From Bacillota bacterium (GTDB lineage Bacteria > Bacillota > Ch66 > Ch109): a DNA stretch of 64,000 nucleotides. Made by a program: the position numbers and the translations under genes. The notes under the pieces were generated by a model. The model saw nothing but the letters and a program-made list of their open reading frames with translations. It was not told the origin of the DNA and searched no databases. Position 1 is the first letter of the stretch, and every line of letters starts with the position of its first letter. Positions 47,440 through 60,364 of this stretch are shown in pieces. The stretch spans positions 128,001-192,000 of the forward strand of contig JBMNLH010000004.1 of NCBI GenBank assembly GCA_050952625.1, written 5' to 3'.

Positions 47440-49336
47440 CTTCTTTCCCTTTTCCCCGCCTTCGTTGTTCCAAATGGACCAGTAAGATCGACAAATCAGC
47501 TGGTGATACTCCGCCAATCCGACCGGCCTGTCCCAAAGTTTCCGGTCTAACTCTAGCTAGTTTAAGTCTCCCTTCGGTCGAAAGACCGCTAACTGCCTCA
47601 AAATTAAAATCTCGCGGTATTTTCTTCCCTTCTAGTTTAAGAAATCTTTCTGCTTGATCTCGCTGTTTTTTAATATAACCAGCATATTTTATTTCTAACT
47701 CTACCTCTTCGCGCACGTCATCCGGGATTACCCCACTTCGGTTATAAAGTATCTCTAGTTCCGCCAGGGTAACTTCCGGCCGACGCAACAATTCCAGCAA
47801 GGTAGTCCCTTGCTTTAACTCGGCACTGCCAATTGCTTGCAACCATTCCTGCATTTCTGCATCCCGAGGAGAAACAACGGTCTGTTGCAACCATTCCTTT
47901 TCTTCAGTCATTTGAGCCAGTTTGCGCTCAAATATTCGCCAGCGTTCATCCGTGACTAAACCAACCTTGCGCCCAATCTCGGTTAAGCGTAAATCAGCAT
48001 TTCCCTCCCGCAGTAATAGGCGATACTCGGCCCGGGCGGTCATAATCCGATAAGGCTCCCAGTTGTCTTTGGTTATGAGGTCATCCACCAATACCCCAAT
48101 ATAACCATCTGATCTTTTTAAGATCAAAGGTTCTTGTTCTTTAACCATTAGAGCAGCATTAATGCCAGCTAAGATCCCCTGGGCAGCCGCCTCTTCATAC
48201 CCGGAACTGCCGTTGATCTGGCCAGCGGAAAACAATCCCTTGATCTTTTTGGTTTCCAGGGTTAATTTCAACTGATCACCCTTGATATAATCGTACTCAA
48301 TGGCGTAGGCTGGTCGAATAATCTCAGCTCGTTCCATTCCCCGAACCGAACGGATCATTTCTATTTGCACATCCTCCGGCAAACTGGTAGATAACCCCTG
48401 GATGTACATTTCGTTAGTCTTACGACCTTCCGGTTCAATAAATACCTGATGTCCCTCTTTACCTTTAAACCGCACGACTTTATCTTCAATTGACGGACAG
48501 TAACGCGGACCAATCCCTTTAATAAAACCGCTGTACATAGGGGCCCGGTCCAGATTATTCATAATTATTTCATGCGTTCTGGGGTTAGTATAGGTTAACC
48601 AACAAGAAACTTGTTCCCTTTGAATCCGGTCATTTAAAAACGAAAAATTCCATCCTTCAGCATCACCGGGCTGTTCAATCATCTTACTAAAATCAAGGGT
48701 TTTTCGGTTAACCCGGGCTGGGGTCCCGGTTTTATATCGACCTAGTTCAAAACCCAGTTCGGTCAGCGAATCAGTCAAGGTGATTGAAGGAAATTGACCA
48801 TGGGGACCGCTGTCATAGGCAACCTCCCCAATAATTATGCGGCCTCGCAGATAGGTCCCGGTAGTGATAACGACTGCTCGGCAATTATAAACCGCCCCAT
48901 TCCGCGTAATTACCCCGGTCACCCGGTCTCCCTTGACTAAAATTCGTTCGACCATGGCCTGTTTTACATCTAGATTTTCCTGCTGCAGCAAGGTCATTAG
49001 CATTTCTTTTTGGTATTCCTGTTTATCCGCTTGCGCTCGCAAGGCTCTGACTGCCGGTCCTTTCCCGGTGTTTAGCCGCCTAATCTGAATAAAAGTTTTA
49101 TCCAGGTTGATCCCCATTTCTCCGCCCAGGGCGTCAACCTCTCGGACTAAATGGCCTTTACCGGGACCGCCAATCGACGGATTACACGGCATGAGTGCTA
49201 TCCCTTCCACACTAATGGTAAAAACAACGGTCCGGCAACCCATCCGCGCTGCGGCTAAAGCTGCCTCACAACCAGCATGTCCTGCCCCAATGACTACGAC
49301 ATCATAATCACCGACTTTGAATTGCAAAAACCCCAT
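47432..49336 (-). CDS. mnmG: tRNA uridine-5-carboxymethylaminomethyl synthesis enzyme MnmG
   Basis: [20 protein letters not shown] and [14 protein letters not shown] motifs. Confidence 0.98.
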   Translation of the reverse strand: MGFLQFKVGDYDVVVIGAGHAGCEAALAAARMGCRTVVFTISVEGIALMPCNPSIGGPGKGHLVREVDALGGEMGINLDKTFIQIRRLNTGKGPAVRALRAQADKQEYQKEMLMTLLQQENLDVKQAMVERILVKGDRVTGVITRNGAVYNCRAVVITTGTYLRGRIIIGEVAYDSGPHGQFPSITLTDSLTELGFELGRYKTGTPARVNRKTLDFSKMIEQPGDAEGWNFSFLNDRIQREQVSCWLTYTNPRTHEIIMNNLDRAPMYSGFIKGIGPRYCPSIEDKVVRFKGKEGHQVFIEPEGRKTNEMYIQGLSTSLPEDVQIEMIRSVRGMERAEIIRPAYAIEYDYIKGDQLKLTLETKKIKGLFSAGQINGSSGYEEAAAQGILAGINAALMVKEQEPLILKRSDGYIGVLVDDLITKDNWEPYRIMTARAEYRLLLREGNADLRLTEIGRKVGLVTDERWRIFERKLAQMTEEKEWLQQTVVSPRDAEMQEWLQAIGSAELKQGTTLLELLRRPEVTLAELEILYNRSGVIPDDVREEVELEIKYAGYIKKQRDQAERFLKLEGKKIPRDFNFEAVSGLSTEGRLKLARVRPETLGQAGRIGGVSPADLSILLVHLEQRRRGKGKEDE

Positions 49337-49341
49337 CCCCT

Positions 49342-50724
49342 CTACTTCCCGATACAGAACTCGGAAAAAATGCGATCTAAAACTTGGTCACTAATTGACT
49401 CCCCAGTAATCTCCCCTAAACTTTCTAAAGCTTCATTAAGATCGATGAGGACAAATTCGCTGGGCAATTGTTCCTCCATCGCCATCAGACTCGCCCGACA
49501 GGCCCTTAAACATCGGTTAAGGGCTTCTTCCTGCCGGACACTCCCGAGCAGCCACTCCTCTCCATGATCACTCGTATTTCCGACCACCTTACTCAGAATT
49601 GCTTCTTTGATTTCTTCGATCCCCCACTTCTCTTTCATCGAAGCCCAAATTACTGTTTCTTGCGGAAACAAATGATTAATTGCTGCACTATCAATTTTTT
49701 GTTCAGCTAAGTCGGATTTATTTACGATTACTAAAAGAGGCATTCCTGAAACTAATTCTACCACCTTTTGATCATCTACTCCAATTCCTTCTCCAGCATC
49801 AAAAACCACCAAAATGACCTGACCGCGCCGGAGCATTTCCCGGGCTTTGGCAACACCAATCCGTTCGACCAGGTCCACGGTTTCTCTAATTCCAGCCGTA
49901 TCAACCAGGCGAATGGGCACCCCGCGTACGACGACCTCTTCTTCTATTACATCACGCGTCGTCCCGGCAATCTCGGTGACAATGGCTCTTTCTTCACCGA
50001 TTAATTCATTCCATAAACTAGATTTACCAACATTAGGTTTGCCGATGATCACTACTCTAATCCCTTCTCTGGCAGCCCGGCCTCCCCTAGCCCCTTCCAG
50101 AATTTTTTCCAGTTCTTGAATCACGGTCCGCATCTCATCAGTACTGCTAGTTTCGACTTCGATTCCTTCTTCCGGAAAATCCAAGACCGCCTCCAGATTA
50201 GCCGCAATGCCAATCAGTTTTTCTTTAATCAGCTTGATGCGCCCCGAAAGACGACCTTCAAGCTGTCGCATGGCTAACCGTCGTGCTGCTTCACTCCGCG
50301 CCCTGATCAAATCAATGACTGCTTCAGCCTGAGCTAGATCCAACCGGCCATTCATAAAAGCGCGACGCGTAAACTCACCCGGCTCGGCTAATCTGGCTCC
50401 GGCTCGTAATACAGCCTCTAGTACTTCTCTCAGAATTAGCCGACCGCCATGCCCCTGAAATTCAATCACGTCTTCACCGGTATAGCTATGTGGTCCCCAC
50501 ATCACCGCGACCAATACTTCATCAATTGCTTCCTGAGTCCGCGGATCTTGGACAGTGGCCAAATGCAAGGTATGTGATGGCCAATGACGAACACTTTGCT
50601 TGGATTCGTCCCGTCTCTTGAGCACCCGGTCCGCAATTCTCACTGCCTGCGGACCGGAAATCCTGACTATTCCTATAGCAGCTTCACCATAAGCTGTGGT
50701 AATCGCCGCGATGGTATCTTCCAT
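49342..50724 (-). CDS. mnmE: tRNA modification GTPase MnmE
   Basis: [20 protein letters not shown] and FCIGK motifs. Confidence 0.98.
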   Translation of the reverse strand: MEDTIAAITTAYGEAAIGIVRISGPQAVRIADRVLKRRDESKQSVRHWPSHTLHLATVQDPRTQEAIDEVLVAVMWGPHSYTGEDVIEFQGHGGRLILREVLEAVLRAGARLAEPGEFTRRAFMNGRLDLAQAEAVIDLIRARSEAARRLAMRQLEGRLSGRIKLIKEKLIGIAANLEAVLDFPEEGIEVETSSTDEMRTVIQELEKILEGARGGRAAREGIRVVIIGKPNVGKSSLWNELIGEERAIVTEIAGTTRDVIEEEVVVRGVPIRLVDTAGIRETVDLVERIGVAKAREMLRRGQVILVVFDAGEGIGVDDQKVVELVSGMPLLVIVNKSDLAEQKIDSAAINHLFPQETVIWASMKEKWGIEEIKEAILSKVVGNTSDHGEEWLLGSVRQEEALNRCLRACRASLMAMEEQLPSEFVLIDLNEALESLGEITGESISDQVLDRIFSEFCIGK

Positions 50725-50900
50725 AACATCTTCACCTCGTTAAGCAAGAAAACTTGATTTATGCCGGCGCCAAAGGCTTGGCGGAAGCCCTAGTTGCCCT
50801 TACTTATAATCAGAAATTCCACTGATACTTTCTGATTGTGCAATAGGAAAGGCCGCCGGGGATTGTTACCCCAACGGCCCTATTTTTCATGTCTAAGTAC

Positions 50901-51533
50901 TTATTTCTTCGGTGAAATAACAACTTTACGAAATGGTTCGTTACCCTGACTAAAGGTATAAACCGAAGCATCATTCTGAAGCGCGGTGTGAATCACTCTT
51001 CGTTCTTGGGGGTTCATTGGTTCCAATACCACGTGTTTTCGGGTACGTTTTACTTTTTCTGATAACCGTTGGGCTAATCGGATTAGGGTTTCTTCCCTTC
51101 TCCGCCGATATTCTTCTACATCTAGGACTATTCTTACTCTTTTTTCAACCTGTCGATTAACGACCAGGTTTACCAGGTATTGGAGAGCATCAAGTGTATC
51201 TCCTCTTCGTCCAATCAAAATGCCCAATTCTTTCCCCTGAAAACTGACGTAATACTGCTCACCATCAAACTGCAGATCAGTTTTGGCTTCGATATGCATG
51301 GCCTGAAAAATTTTTTCCAAGAAACTCTGGATAATTTTTTCCGGCCGCTTTTTTTCTTTAACCTTAACCCGGGCAGCTCGAGATCCAATAATCCCAAATA
51401 GCCCTTTATTTCCTTCCTCCAAAATTTCTATTTCCGCGTCTTCTTTGCCAATGCCTAACTCTGCCAGTGCGAACTCAACTGCTTCTTCAACTGTTTTTCC
51501 CGTTTTCTCTGCTTGCCTTATTTCACCTGGCAT
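50901..51533 (-). CDS. jag: Jag/EloR RNA-binding protein
   Basis: GKTVEEA Jag-N, LIGRRG KH domain, ERRVIH R3H domain. Confidence 0.95.
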   Translation of the reverse strand: MPGEIRQAEKTGKTVEEAVEFALAELGIGKEDAEIEILEEGNKGLFGIIGSRAARVKVKEKKRPEKIIQSFLEKIFQAMHIEAKTDLQFDGEQYYVSFQGKELGILIGRRGDTLDALQYLVNLVVNRQVEKRVRIVLDVEEYRRRREETLIRLAQRLSEKVKRTRKHVVLEPMNPQERRVIHTALQNDASVYTFSQGNEPFRKVVISPKK

Positions 51534-52257
51534 GTTTTCTTTTGACCCCCTTTTTTGCCTTCGCTGAGGGCTTGGTTACGGGCTTTTCAGTTACTATTTC
51601 AACCTCAACCTCGGCTCCGCCCTTCCTTCCCTTGCGATTTACATAGATTTGCTGCAATGCTCCAAGAACGCTAAAAACTACCCAATATAAAGCCAAGCCA
51701 GCCGGGAACCTATATGAAATATACCCAATAAACAACGGCATAAAATATAGCATATACTTTTGGGTTTGATCCATAGCTGCTGGAGTAGTTACTTTTTGTT
51801 GCCAAAAAGTACTGGCAGCTGCCAGAATCGGCAAAACAAGCATCCGATCGGGTTCGCTCAAATTTGGGATCCAAAAAAACCCGGCATGAGCTGGTTCTAA
51901 ATATTCAATGTGCAGCAATGCCTGATAAAAAGCAATCAGGATAGGCATTTGAATCAATAAAGGCAGACAGCCGGCCAAAGGATTAACTTTATTTTTCTGG
52001 TAAAGTTCCATGACCGCCTGTTGGGCCCTCTCCGGTTGCTTCTTAAATTTTTCTTGCAGTTCTTTTACTTTAGGTTGTATCTCCTGCATCGCTCGCATTG
52101 ATTCCATTTGTTTGGCGCTCAGGGGATATATAATTATTTTTAATAATATGGTAATTAAAATAATAGCCAACCCATAGCTGCCGACACCAAAATCAACTGT
52201 CAAGCTATAAACAAATTGAATTAACTGTGAAAAACCATTAACGAAGCTCTGCCACAA
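51523..52257 (-). CDS. yidC: Membrane protein insertase YidC/SpoIIIJ
   Basis: NPLAGCLPLLIQMPI and PAGLALYW motifs. Confidence 0.95.
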   Translation of the reverse strand: MWQSFVNGFSQLIQFVYSLTVDFGVGSYGLAIILITILLKIIIYPLSAKQMESMRAMQEIQPKVKELQEKFKKQPERAQQAVMELYQKNKVNPLAGCLPLLIQMPILIAFYQALLHIEYLEPAHAGFFWIPNLSEPDRMLVLPILAAASTFWQQKVTTPAAMDQTQKYMLYFMPLFIGYISYRFPAGLALYWVVFSVLGALQQIYVNRKGRKGGAEVEVEIVTEKPVTKPSAKAKKGVKRKHAR

Positions 52258-52499
52258 CAGTCACTCCTGCCCAAATAACCTCTACTTTCTCGAGGCTCAG
52301 TCGCAGGATCCACCTCCTTCGCACCAACTCCCCCATAATTCCCTGATGTTTAATTACCTTTTATCGTATCACTATTGTTAATAATAAAAGCCTTAATTAA
52401 AACAAGAAAGCAAAAAACATAATTAAACATCACAGGCGGGATGTATGGGTACAACTTAACCAAAATCCTGGTAAATACAGATAAATACAAAAAAAATAT

Positions 52500-52742
52500 T
52501 TATCTTGGCCCCTTTTGGTGCTGCATTAAACTTTCCGGCACTGGATCATAACCATACTTACCCCATGGATGACACCTTAGAATCCGCCTCATACTTAACC
52601 AAAGACCTTGTAATATTCCGTGCTTTTCAATTGCTTCAATAGCATACATTGAACAAGTTGGAATAAAGCGGCATCTTGGTGGTAACCAGGAAGATAACAG
52701 GACACGGTACAATACGATTAGATTAATTAGGGTTTTACTCAA
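52500..52742 (-). CDS. yidD: Membrane protein insertion efficiency factor YidD
   Basis: CRFIPTCS...[14 protein letters not shown]. Confidence 0.95.
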   Translation of the reverse strand: MSKTLINLIVLYRVLLSSWLPPRCRFIPTCSMYAIEAIEKHGILQGLWLSMRRILRCHPWGKYGYDPVPESLMQHQKGPR

Positions 52743-52749
52743 GAGTTTC

Positions 52750-53115
52750 TTAATTTTTTCTATTCTTTTTCGCGACCCCCTCTTCGATTAATTTAGCCCG
52801 CCGGCATACCTGCTCCAAATCGTTCTTTAAATCCCAATAATTTACTTTTTCTATACCTTTTCGACCAACAACTACTAGGTCTACTTTCTTAATTAAGGCG
52901 GCATCTAAGTTAGCACAAATCTCTCGCAGTCTTCTCCGCACCTTATTCCGAACTACAGCACCGCCAATCCGTTTGGAAGTGACAATACCCCAACGACTTC
53001 GTTTTCCTTCACCGTTTCGGTAGTGAATGGTAGCCCAGCGACCGCTAACCCAGCGGGCGGTCTTAAAAATTCGTTGAAACTCGTCATTCTTCCTGATTCT
53101 ACTTTCTTTATTCAT
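52750..53115 (-). CDS. rnpA: RNase P protein component
   Basis: [19 protein letters not shown] motif. Confidence 0.95.
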   Translation of the reverse strand: MNKESRIRKNDEFQRIFKTARWVSGRWATIHYRNGEGKRSRWGIVTSKRIGGAVVRNKVRRRLREICANLDAALIKKVDLVVVGRKGIEKVNYWDLKNDLEQVCRRAKLIEEGVAKKNRKN

Positions 53116-53215
53116 GAGCTTAGCTTCCTCACAAGGTACCCGGCGAGAATCAGTTATTCTCTTATTATAACTTTAATATAACTCATATAGAAACAAAAGG
53201 CCACATACAGCGGCC

Positions 53216-53350
53216 TTAGGCAGATAATCTTTTTCTTTCTTTTCTACGTCTTCGGGCCAATACGTTTCTTCCACCCGGTGTTTTCATTCTACTTAAAAAT
53301 CCATGCACCTTTTTATGTTTTCGCCGCTTTGGCTGGTATGTCCGTTTCAA
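53216..53350 (-). CDS. rpmH: 50S ribosomal protein L34
   Basis: Below the ORF-track length cutoff. TTG start gives [44 protein letters not shown]. Confidence 0.97.
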   Translation of the reverse strand: MKRTYQPKRRKHKKVHGFLSRMKTPGGRNVLARRRRKERKRLSA

Positions 53351-53569
53351 ACCAGTGCCCACCTCCTTAATATTACTAAATCTTTACTGCACTCCAGACC
53401 TTATTATATCTAAGCCTCCTCCTGCTTGTCAACTCAGCGTGGGAGGATTCTTCACTTCGCTTATAATTAACACGCGTTGCCCGCACCACGATAAAGGAAT
53501 AAATGTTAATATTCATCGTAATGACAACCGAAGTTAGGTTTTATTCTTTATTAAAAAATAGGATTTAAC

Positions 53570-53790
53570 TTTGTGTATATCCAAAAATACCATCCTGTTG
53601 ATAAACCTAAAAACTTCTGTTATCATAATCGTACATTAGCGTTAGATTCTTAGTTTCTTTTCCCTTCTATAATTATACACAAATTGTGGATAAACATGTG
53701 TATAACTTATTTTTATCAAAATTCCTCCAGGTTATAACAGACATCCGAAGGGTTTTATTATCCTTTTTATTCACTATTTTATCCACATAA
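53570..53790. other. oriC, upstream DnaA-box cluster
   Basis: TTATACACA 53673, TGTGGATAA 53685, TGTGTATAA 53697, TTATCCACA 53779, TGTTGATAA 53596. Confidence 0.85.
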
Positions 53791-53854
53791 ACCCGGTTTC
53801 CTTCTTAATACTTTGGCTATTTTTTTTTGGTTATTTTTTGGGAGGTTCAGTTGA

Positions 53855-55177
53855 ATGTTTAAACCTAATCTTGCCCACCTTTGGAAACAAACTATTGTCC
53901 TCGCTCAAGAAGAATTGAGTCAGCCTAGTCTTGATGCCTGGCTGAAATCTATTTATCCAACTAGTTTTCAAGATGACACCATTACCTTGAGCGTTCCGAA
54001 TATTTTTGCCAAAGATTGGATTGAAAACCGGTATATTGGATTATTGCAAGAGAAAATTGAGTTTTTACTTGGCCGGAAAGTTTATCTTCGTTTAACTACA
54101 TCTAATGCGACTGATATTGAATGGACTCCACCGCGGCTAGAAGAATTACCAATATCCACGCTTAATCCGAAATATGTCTTTGATACTTTTGTGGTCGGCA
54201 ATAGTAACCGCTTTGCCCATGCCGCAGCCCTAGCTGTATCAGAGGTACCGGCTAAAGCTTATAATCCTCTTTTTATCTATGGTGGTGTTGGCCTGGGTAA
54301 AACTCATTTGATGCATGCGATCGGACATTATATATTAGCCCAATCTACCGGCTTAAAAGTTGTTTATGTTACGTCGGAAACCTTTACGAATGATTTAATT
54401 AATGCCATAAAAGATGACAAAACCCCCGAATTTAGAATGACTTATCGCAACGCTGACGTTCTTTTAATAGACGATATTCAATTTCTCAAAGAAAAAGAGC
54501 GGACTCAAGAAGAATTTTTCCATACCTTCAATGCTTTACATCAAGCTGATAAACAGGTCGTTATTTCAAGTGACCGTCCCCCTAAAGATCTTTCTACCCT
54601 CGAAGACCGGCTGCGTTCACGCTTTGAGTGGGGGCTAATCACCGATATTCAGCCACCTGATCTCGAGACCCGGATTGCGATACTACGTAAAAAGGCGCAA
54701 TTGGAAAATCTTCAATTACCGGATGAAGTTAATGTTTATATTGCTCATCTTATTCAAGCCAACATCAGAGAACTTGAGGGAGCCCTTACCCGCGTAGTTG
54801 CTTATGCTGCTGTTCATGGACTGCCCATTACCGAAGAACTAGCCACGCAATGCTTAAAGGATATTGTCTCCCCGGTTCGGCCAAAACCGATAACGGTACC
54901 CTTAATCATTGAGACAGTAGCTAATTACTATAATCTGCGCATTGATGATCTAACTTCGAAAAAAAGAACTAGAGAATTATCCTTTCCCCGCCAAATTGCC
55001 ATGTATCTAGCTCGTGAACTAACATCGCAATCCCTCCCGCAAATTGGGGAGGCTTTTGGCGGAAGAGATCACACCACGATAATGCATGGTTACGATAAAA
55101 TATCTCAACAAATAAAAAACGATGTAAATTTAAAAACAATAATTAATGAACTGACATCTATGCTGCGTTCATCATAA
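53855..55177 (+). CDS. dnaA: Chromosomal replication initiator DnaA
   Basis: YNPLFIYGGVGLGKTHL, DDIQF and GGRDHTT motifs. Confidence 0.99.
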   Translation: MFKPNLAHLWKQTIVLAQEELSQPSLDAWLKSIYPTSFQDDTITLSVPNIFAKDWIENRYIGLLQEKIEFLLGRKVYLRLTTSNATDIEWTPPRLEELPISTLNPKYVFDTFVVGNSNRFAHAAALAVSEVPAKAYNPLFIYGGVGLGKTHLMHAIGHYILAQSTGLKVVYVTSETFTNDLINAIKDDKTPEFRMTYRNADVLLIDDIQFLKEKERTQEEFFHTFNALHQADKQVVISSDRPPKDLSTLEDRLRSRFEWGLITDIQPPDLETRIAILRKKAQLENLQLPDEVNVYIAHLIQANIRELEGALTRVVAYAAVHGLPITEELATQCLKDIVSPVRPKPITVPLIIETVANYYNLRIDDLTSKKRTRELSFPRQIAMYLARELTSQSLPQIGEAFGGRDHTTIMHGYDKISQQIKNDVNLKTIINELTSMLRSS

Positions 55178-55204
55178 ACAAGATAAACAAGCCCTAATTA
55201 TAGA

Positions 55205-55345
55205 TTAATTGTCCACATGATTAAGAGAATAGATTTTATAATGAAATCGCTGTTTCAAGCGACTTTTAAACATATTCACAGCCCCTACTACTACTACTGT
55301 TAATAATCTACTATATATATAAATAAATCTTCTTCTTAATGCATG
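55205..55345. other. oriC unwinding region: DnaA boxes, DnaA-trios and AT-rich DUE
   Basis: TTGTCCACA 55209, then ATATTCACA-GCCC-CTACTACTACTACT (55272-55298), then an AT-rich tract. Confidence 0.85.
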
Positions 55346-55416
55346 GTGTAAATTTATTGCCCTACGGAAAAATAAGGAAAATTGAGTGTAAAGAGGTGGA
55401 CCGATCTCGGACGACC

Positions 55417-56529
55417 ATGAAAGTAATATGCTCCAAAGATAACCTGCTCCAGGGAACGCAAATAGCACAACGTTGCGTTTCCCCAAGAGCTCCTTTACCA
55501 ATTTTGAATGGTATCTTGCTTTCAGCCAGTAATAATGGCTTAATCTTTCAAGCGACTGATTTAGATCTCGCCATTGAGTGTACCCTGCCAGCTGAAGTCA
55601 TGACGGAAGGGACCGTGGTGGTCCCGGCCAGACATTTTTCGGACATCGTTCGACGGCTGCCGGATCAAAATATAACCTTAGATTACGAACCAGAGCACCG
55701 TTTATTAACTTTGACCTATGGATCAGCTCAATTTAATATTCATACCCTGAATGCCGAAGAATTCCCTCTATTACCAGCACGGCCGGATACACCAACTCTT
55801 GAAATAGACCAAATAACCTTTAAAGATATGATTCGCCAAGTAGCCTTTGCGGCTGCGACCGATCCCATCCGGCCAATTTTTACCGGCGTATTATTGGAAA
55901 TAGCACCTGATTATTTAATGCTTGTGGCGACTGATACCCATCGTTTAGCGAAAAATAAGCTGGTTAAACCAAATACTGGTTTTTGTGAAATTTCTCGAAC
56001 GATAATCCCGGCCCGTGCTTTAAACGAATTAAATCGTTTACTTAAAGAGGAACAAAGTTCATTAAGTATTGCCTTATCCTCCAGTCAAATTGTTCTTTAT
56101 ACAGAAGAATTTCTATTTTATTCTAAACCAATTAAGGGTATTTTTCCGGATCACCAAAAGGTAATCCCACCTAAAATTCAAACCAAACTCAGTGTAACCA
56201 TCGCTGATCTCCTGCCGGCTATTGAACGGGCTTCCTTACTGATCTCGACTAAAGACGGCAATAGCATTGTTCATTTGTCAATTAAGCAACATTGCTTAAC
56301 GATAAATTCCAACTCTGTCAATCTAGGATCAGTTCATGAAGAAATTCCGGTAAATGTTGAAGGCCAAGAGCTTGAGATATCGTTTAATGCTCGATACCTG
56401 CTTGATGCCTTAAAAATTATCAATGCGGAACAGATTTCTATTGAATTTGCCGGTCATCTTAGCCCTTGTGTTATTCGTCCAGTTAGTGAAGAAGATTATT
56501 TATATCTGCTTCTGCCTATAAGAACATAA
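55417..56529 (+). CDS. dnaN: DNA polymerase III beta clamp
   Basis: MKVICSK start after GAGGTG, with ATDL, ATDTHRL, FNARYL and LLLPIR motifs. Confidence 0.97.
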   Translation: MKVICSKDNLLQGTQIAQRCVSPRAPLPILNGILLSASNNGLIFQATDLDLAIECTLPAEVMTEGTVVVPARHFSDIVRRLPDQNITLDYEPEHRLLTLTYGSAQFNIHTLNAEEFPLLPARPDTPTLEIDQITFKDMIRQVAFAAATDPIRPIFTGVLLEIAPDYLMLVATDTHRLAKNKLVKPNTGFCEISRTIIPARALNELNRLLKEEQSSLSIALSSSQIVLYTEEFLFYSKPIKGIFPDHQKVIPPKIQTKLSVTIADLLPAIERASLLISTKDGNSIVHLSIKQHCLTINSNSVNLGSVHEEIPVNVEGQELEISFNARYLLDALKIINAEQISIEFAGHLSPCVIRPVSEEDYLYLLLPIRT

Positions 56530-56640
56530 AATTTACCAAAGTAATTATAAAATTGAGTGTTACAATAAGGTGAGTACTTGTTTATTAAGGTATATTAACA
56601 AGGTCTGCATCTTATTCCCATTTTAGGAGGAAAATATTCC

Positions 56641-57774
56641 TTGCTCCTGAAAAATTTGGTCCTAAAACATTTTCGCAATTATACCGATATAGAACTTGAA
56701 TGTTCGACTCGGCTTAATATTTTCTGGGGCGCTAATGCTCAAGGTAAAAGTAATCTACTTGAAGCTATTTATTACTTAGGTTACGGACGATCTTATCGGT
56801 TAGCACCCGACGAACAGGTGCTGCAATGGGATCGTCCTTCATTTGTAATTCGGGCGACAGTGCTTCAAGATTTTAATCTGTCGTCGATTGATATTACCTA
56901 TGTTCGGGACGCTAAGAAAAAAGTAACTAGATTTAACGGTAAGAAAATCAGCCGTTTAGCAGAGCTTGGACGGATTTTTCCGGTCGTTCTTTTTTCCCCG
57001 GATGACCTTCAGTTAACTAAAGGGGCACCGAATTTTCGACGGCATTATTTAGACTCTCTCTTAAGCCGTCTTTATCCGGAATATGAGGTAACTTATCAAC
57101 GGTATCAACAAGTTTTATCTCAAAGAAACTATTTACTCCGTTTACGCGATACGACCAGTAATCGCAGCCTCTTAGAAACCTATGATCAACAATTAAGCCA
57201 ACAGGGAGCCAAGATTTTAACATTTCGGTTTAATCTGCTACCGCTTTTGAGCCATAACTTAAAAAATTATTATCGAGAAATTGCTGGTAAAGATGAGGAA
57301 TTGAGTCTCTTTTACTCTTCTTCACTGAATAATTCTTTTACTACTGAACCAAATATAGATTCTCTAACGCTTAATATCCTAGACAAACTAAGTCAGTTAA
57401 GGAGTCTTGACTATCAAAAAGGGGCTACGAGCATAGGCCCCCATCGCGATGATCTTATTTTTCGAATTAAAGGAAAAAACTTACGCCATTATGGTTCACA
57501 AGGACAACACCGCAGTCTAGTCCTAGCTCTTCGTTTAAGTGAATTAACGATTATGGATGAACATTTGGCAAATCGACCAGTCCTCCTGTTAGATGATGTC
57601 TTATCTGAATTAGATGATAATCGGTGTTATTCTTTAATTAAAATGTTAGAATCAGAAAGACAGGTTTTTTTAACTACGACTAGTCCAGATAATATTCCAG
57701 AGGACTTAATTCATCATGCAGCCAATTACCAGGTTTCAGCCGGGTTTATAAAACCAAATTTCTGGAAAAGATAA
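56641..57774 (+). CDS. recF: DNA replication/repair protein RecF
   Basis: FRNY, GANAQGKSN, GPHRDD, SQGQ and LLLDDVLSELD motifs. Confidence 0.97.
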   Translation: MLLKNLVLKHFRNYTDIELECSTRLNIFWGANAQGKSNLLEAIYYLGYGRSYRLAPDEQVLQWDRPSFVIRATVLQDFNLSSIDITYVRDAKKKVTRFNGKKISRLAELGRIFPVVLFSPDDLQLTKGAPNFRRHYLDSLLSRLYPEYEVTYQRYQQVLSQRNYLLRLRDTTSNRSLLETYDQQLSQQGAKILTFRFNLLPLLSHNLKNYYREIAGKDEELSLFYSSSLNNSFTTEPNIDSLTLNILDKLSQLRSLDYQKGATSIGPHRDDLIFRIKGKNLRHYGSQGQHRSLVLALRLSELTIMDEHLANRPVLLLDDVLSELDDNRCYSLIKMLESERQVFLTTTSPDNIPEDLIHHAANYQVSAGFIKPNFWKR

Positions 57775-57794
57775 GTATTGAGGGGGAATTTGTA

Positions 57795-58061
57795 GTGTTC
57801 TTGCATCTAGGAGGAAATACTGTGATACCGGTTAAAGATCTGGTAGCTATCTTAAGTCTGGAAACTACTAAACAGGGTGCAGCGACTCGAGAATTTCTAC
57901 AGGTTGTGCAAGATGAAGGGTTTATCTATCGAATAGTTGAACCAGGTAAAGAAAAATCATTTGTTATTACTAGCGACACTATCTATCTTTCCCCTATCTC
58001 CGCCGCCACACTAACCAAACGAGCCGTTTCGTTTAAGAATATTATAGAAGAAGAAATATAG
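57795..58061 (+). CDS. remB: RemB/YaaB (DUF370) family protein
   Basis: MFLHLG...KSFVIT...YLSPIS..TL.KR, between recF and gyrB. Confidence 0.88.
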   Translation: MFLHLGGNTVIPVKDLVAILSLETTKQGAATREFLQVVQDEGFIYRIVEPGKEKSFVITSDTIYLSPISAATLTKRAVSFKNIIEEEI

Positions 58062-58126
58062 AATTAAACCAAACGAATAATATTTAAGCTATTACTTAAT
58101 GGATAAATTATGTGGTATAATTGTAG

Positions 58127-60082
<1,956 letters not shown>

Positions 60083-60195
60083 ACAATCCCAATATATCAG
60101 GAATTAAGAGATGAACAAATAAGACAGCAGCTGAGCTATATTTTCTCAAGGGGTTGTTAATCAAAGCGTGTTAACAACCCTGTTTTATGCAACAC

Positions 60196-60224
60196 CGGGA
60201 CACCGGGACAAATGTGCTGTCCCG
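60196..60224. repeat. Family C REP-like hairpin
   Basis: cgggacaccgggacaaatgtgctgtcccg. Confidence 0.7.
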
Positions 60225-60364
60225 TTTTAGAAATAGCCTTGTTGTTGCTTAACCACCAGATTAAGCTGAGAAAGAACGCGAGGCTAATAATAGATAATAG
60301 CCCTAAAATTAATTTTAGGAAGTAAATCCCTTATTTAGGGTTTAAAAGGTAAGGTGGAAAATTA

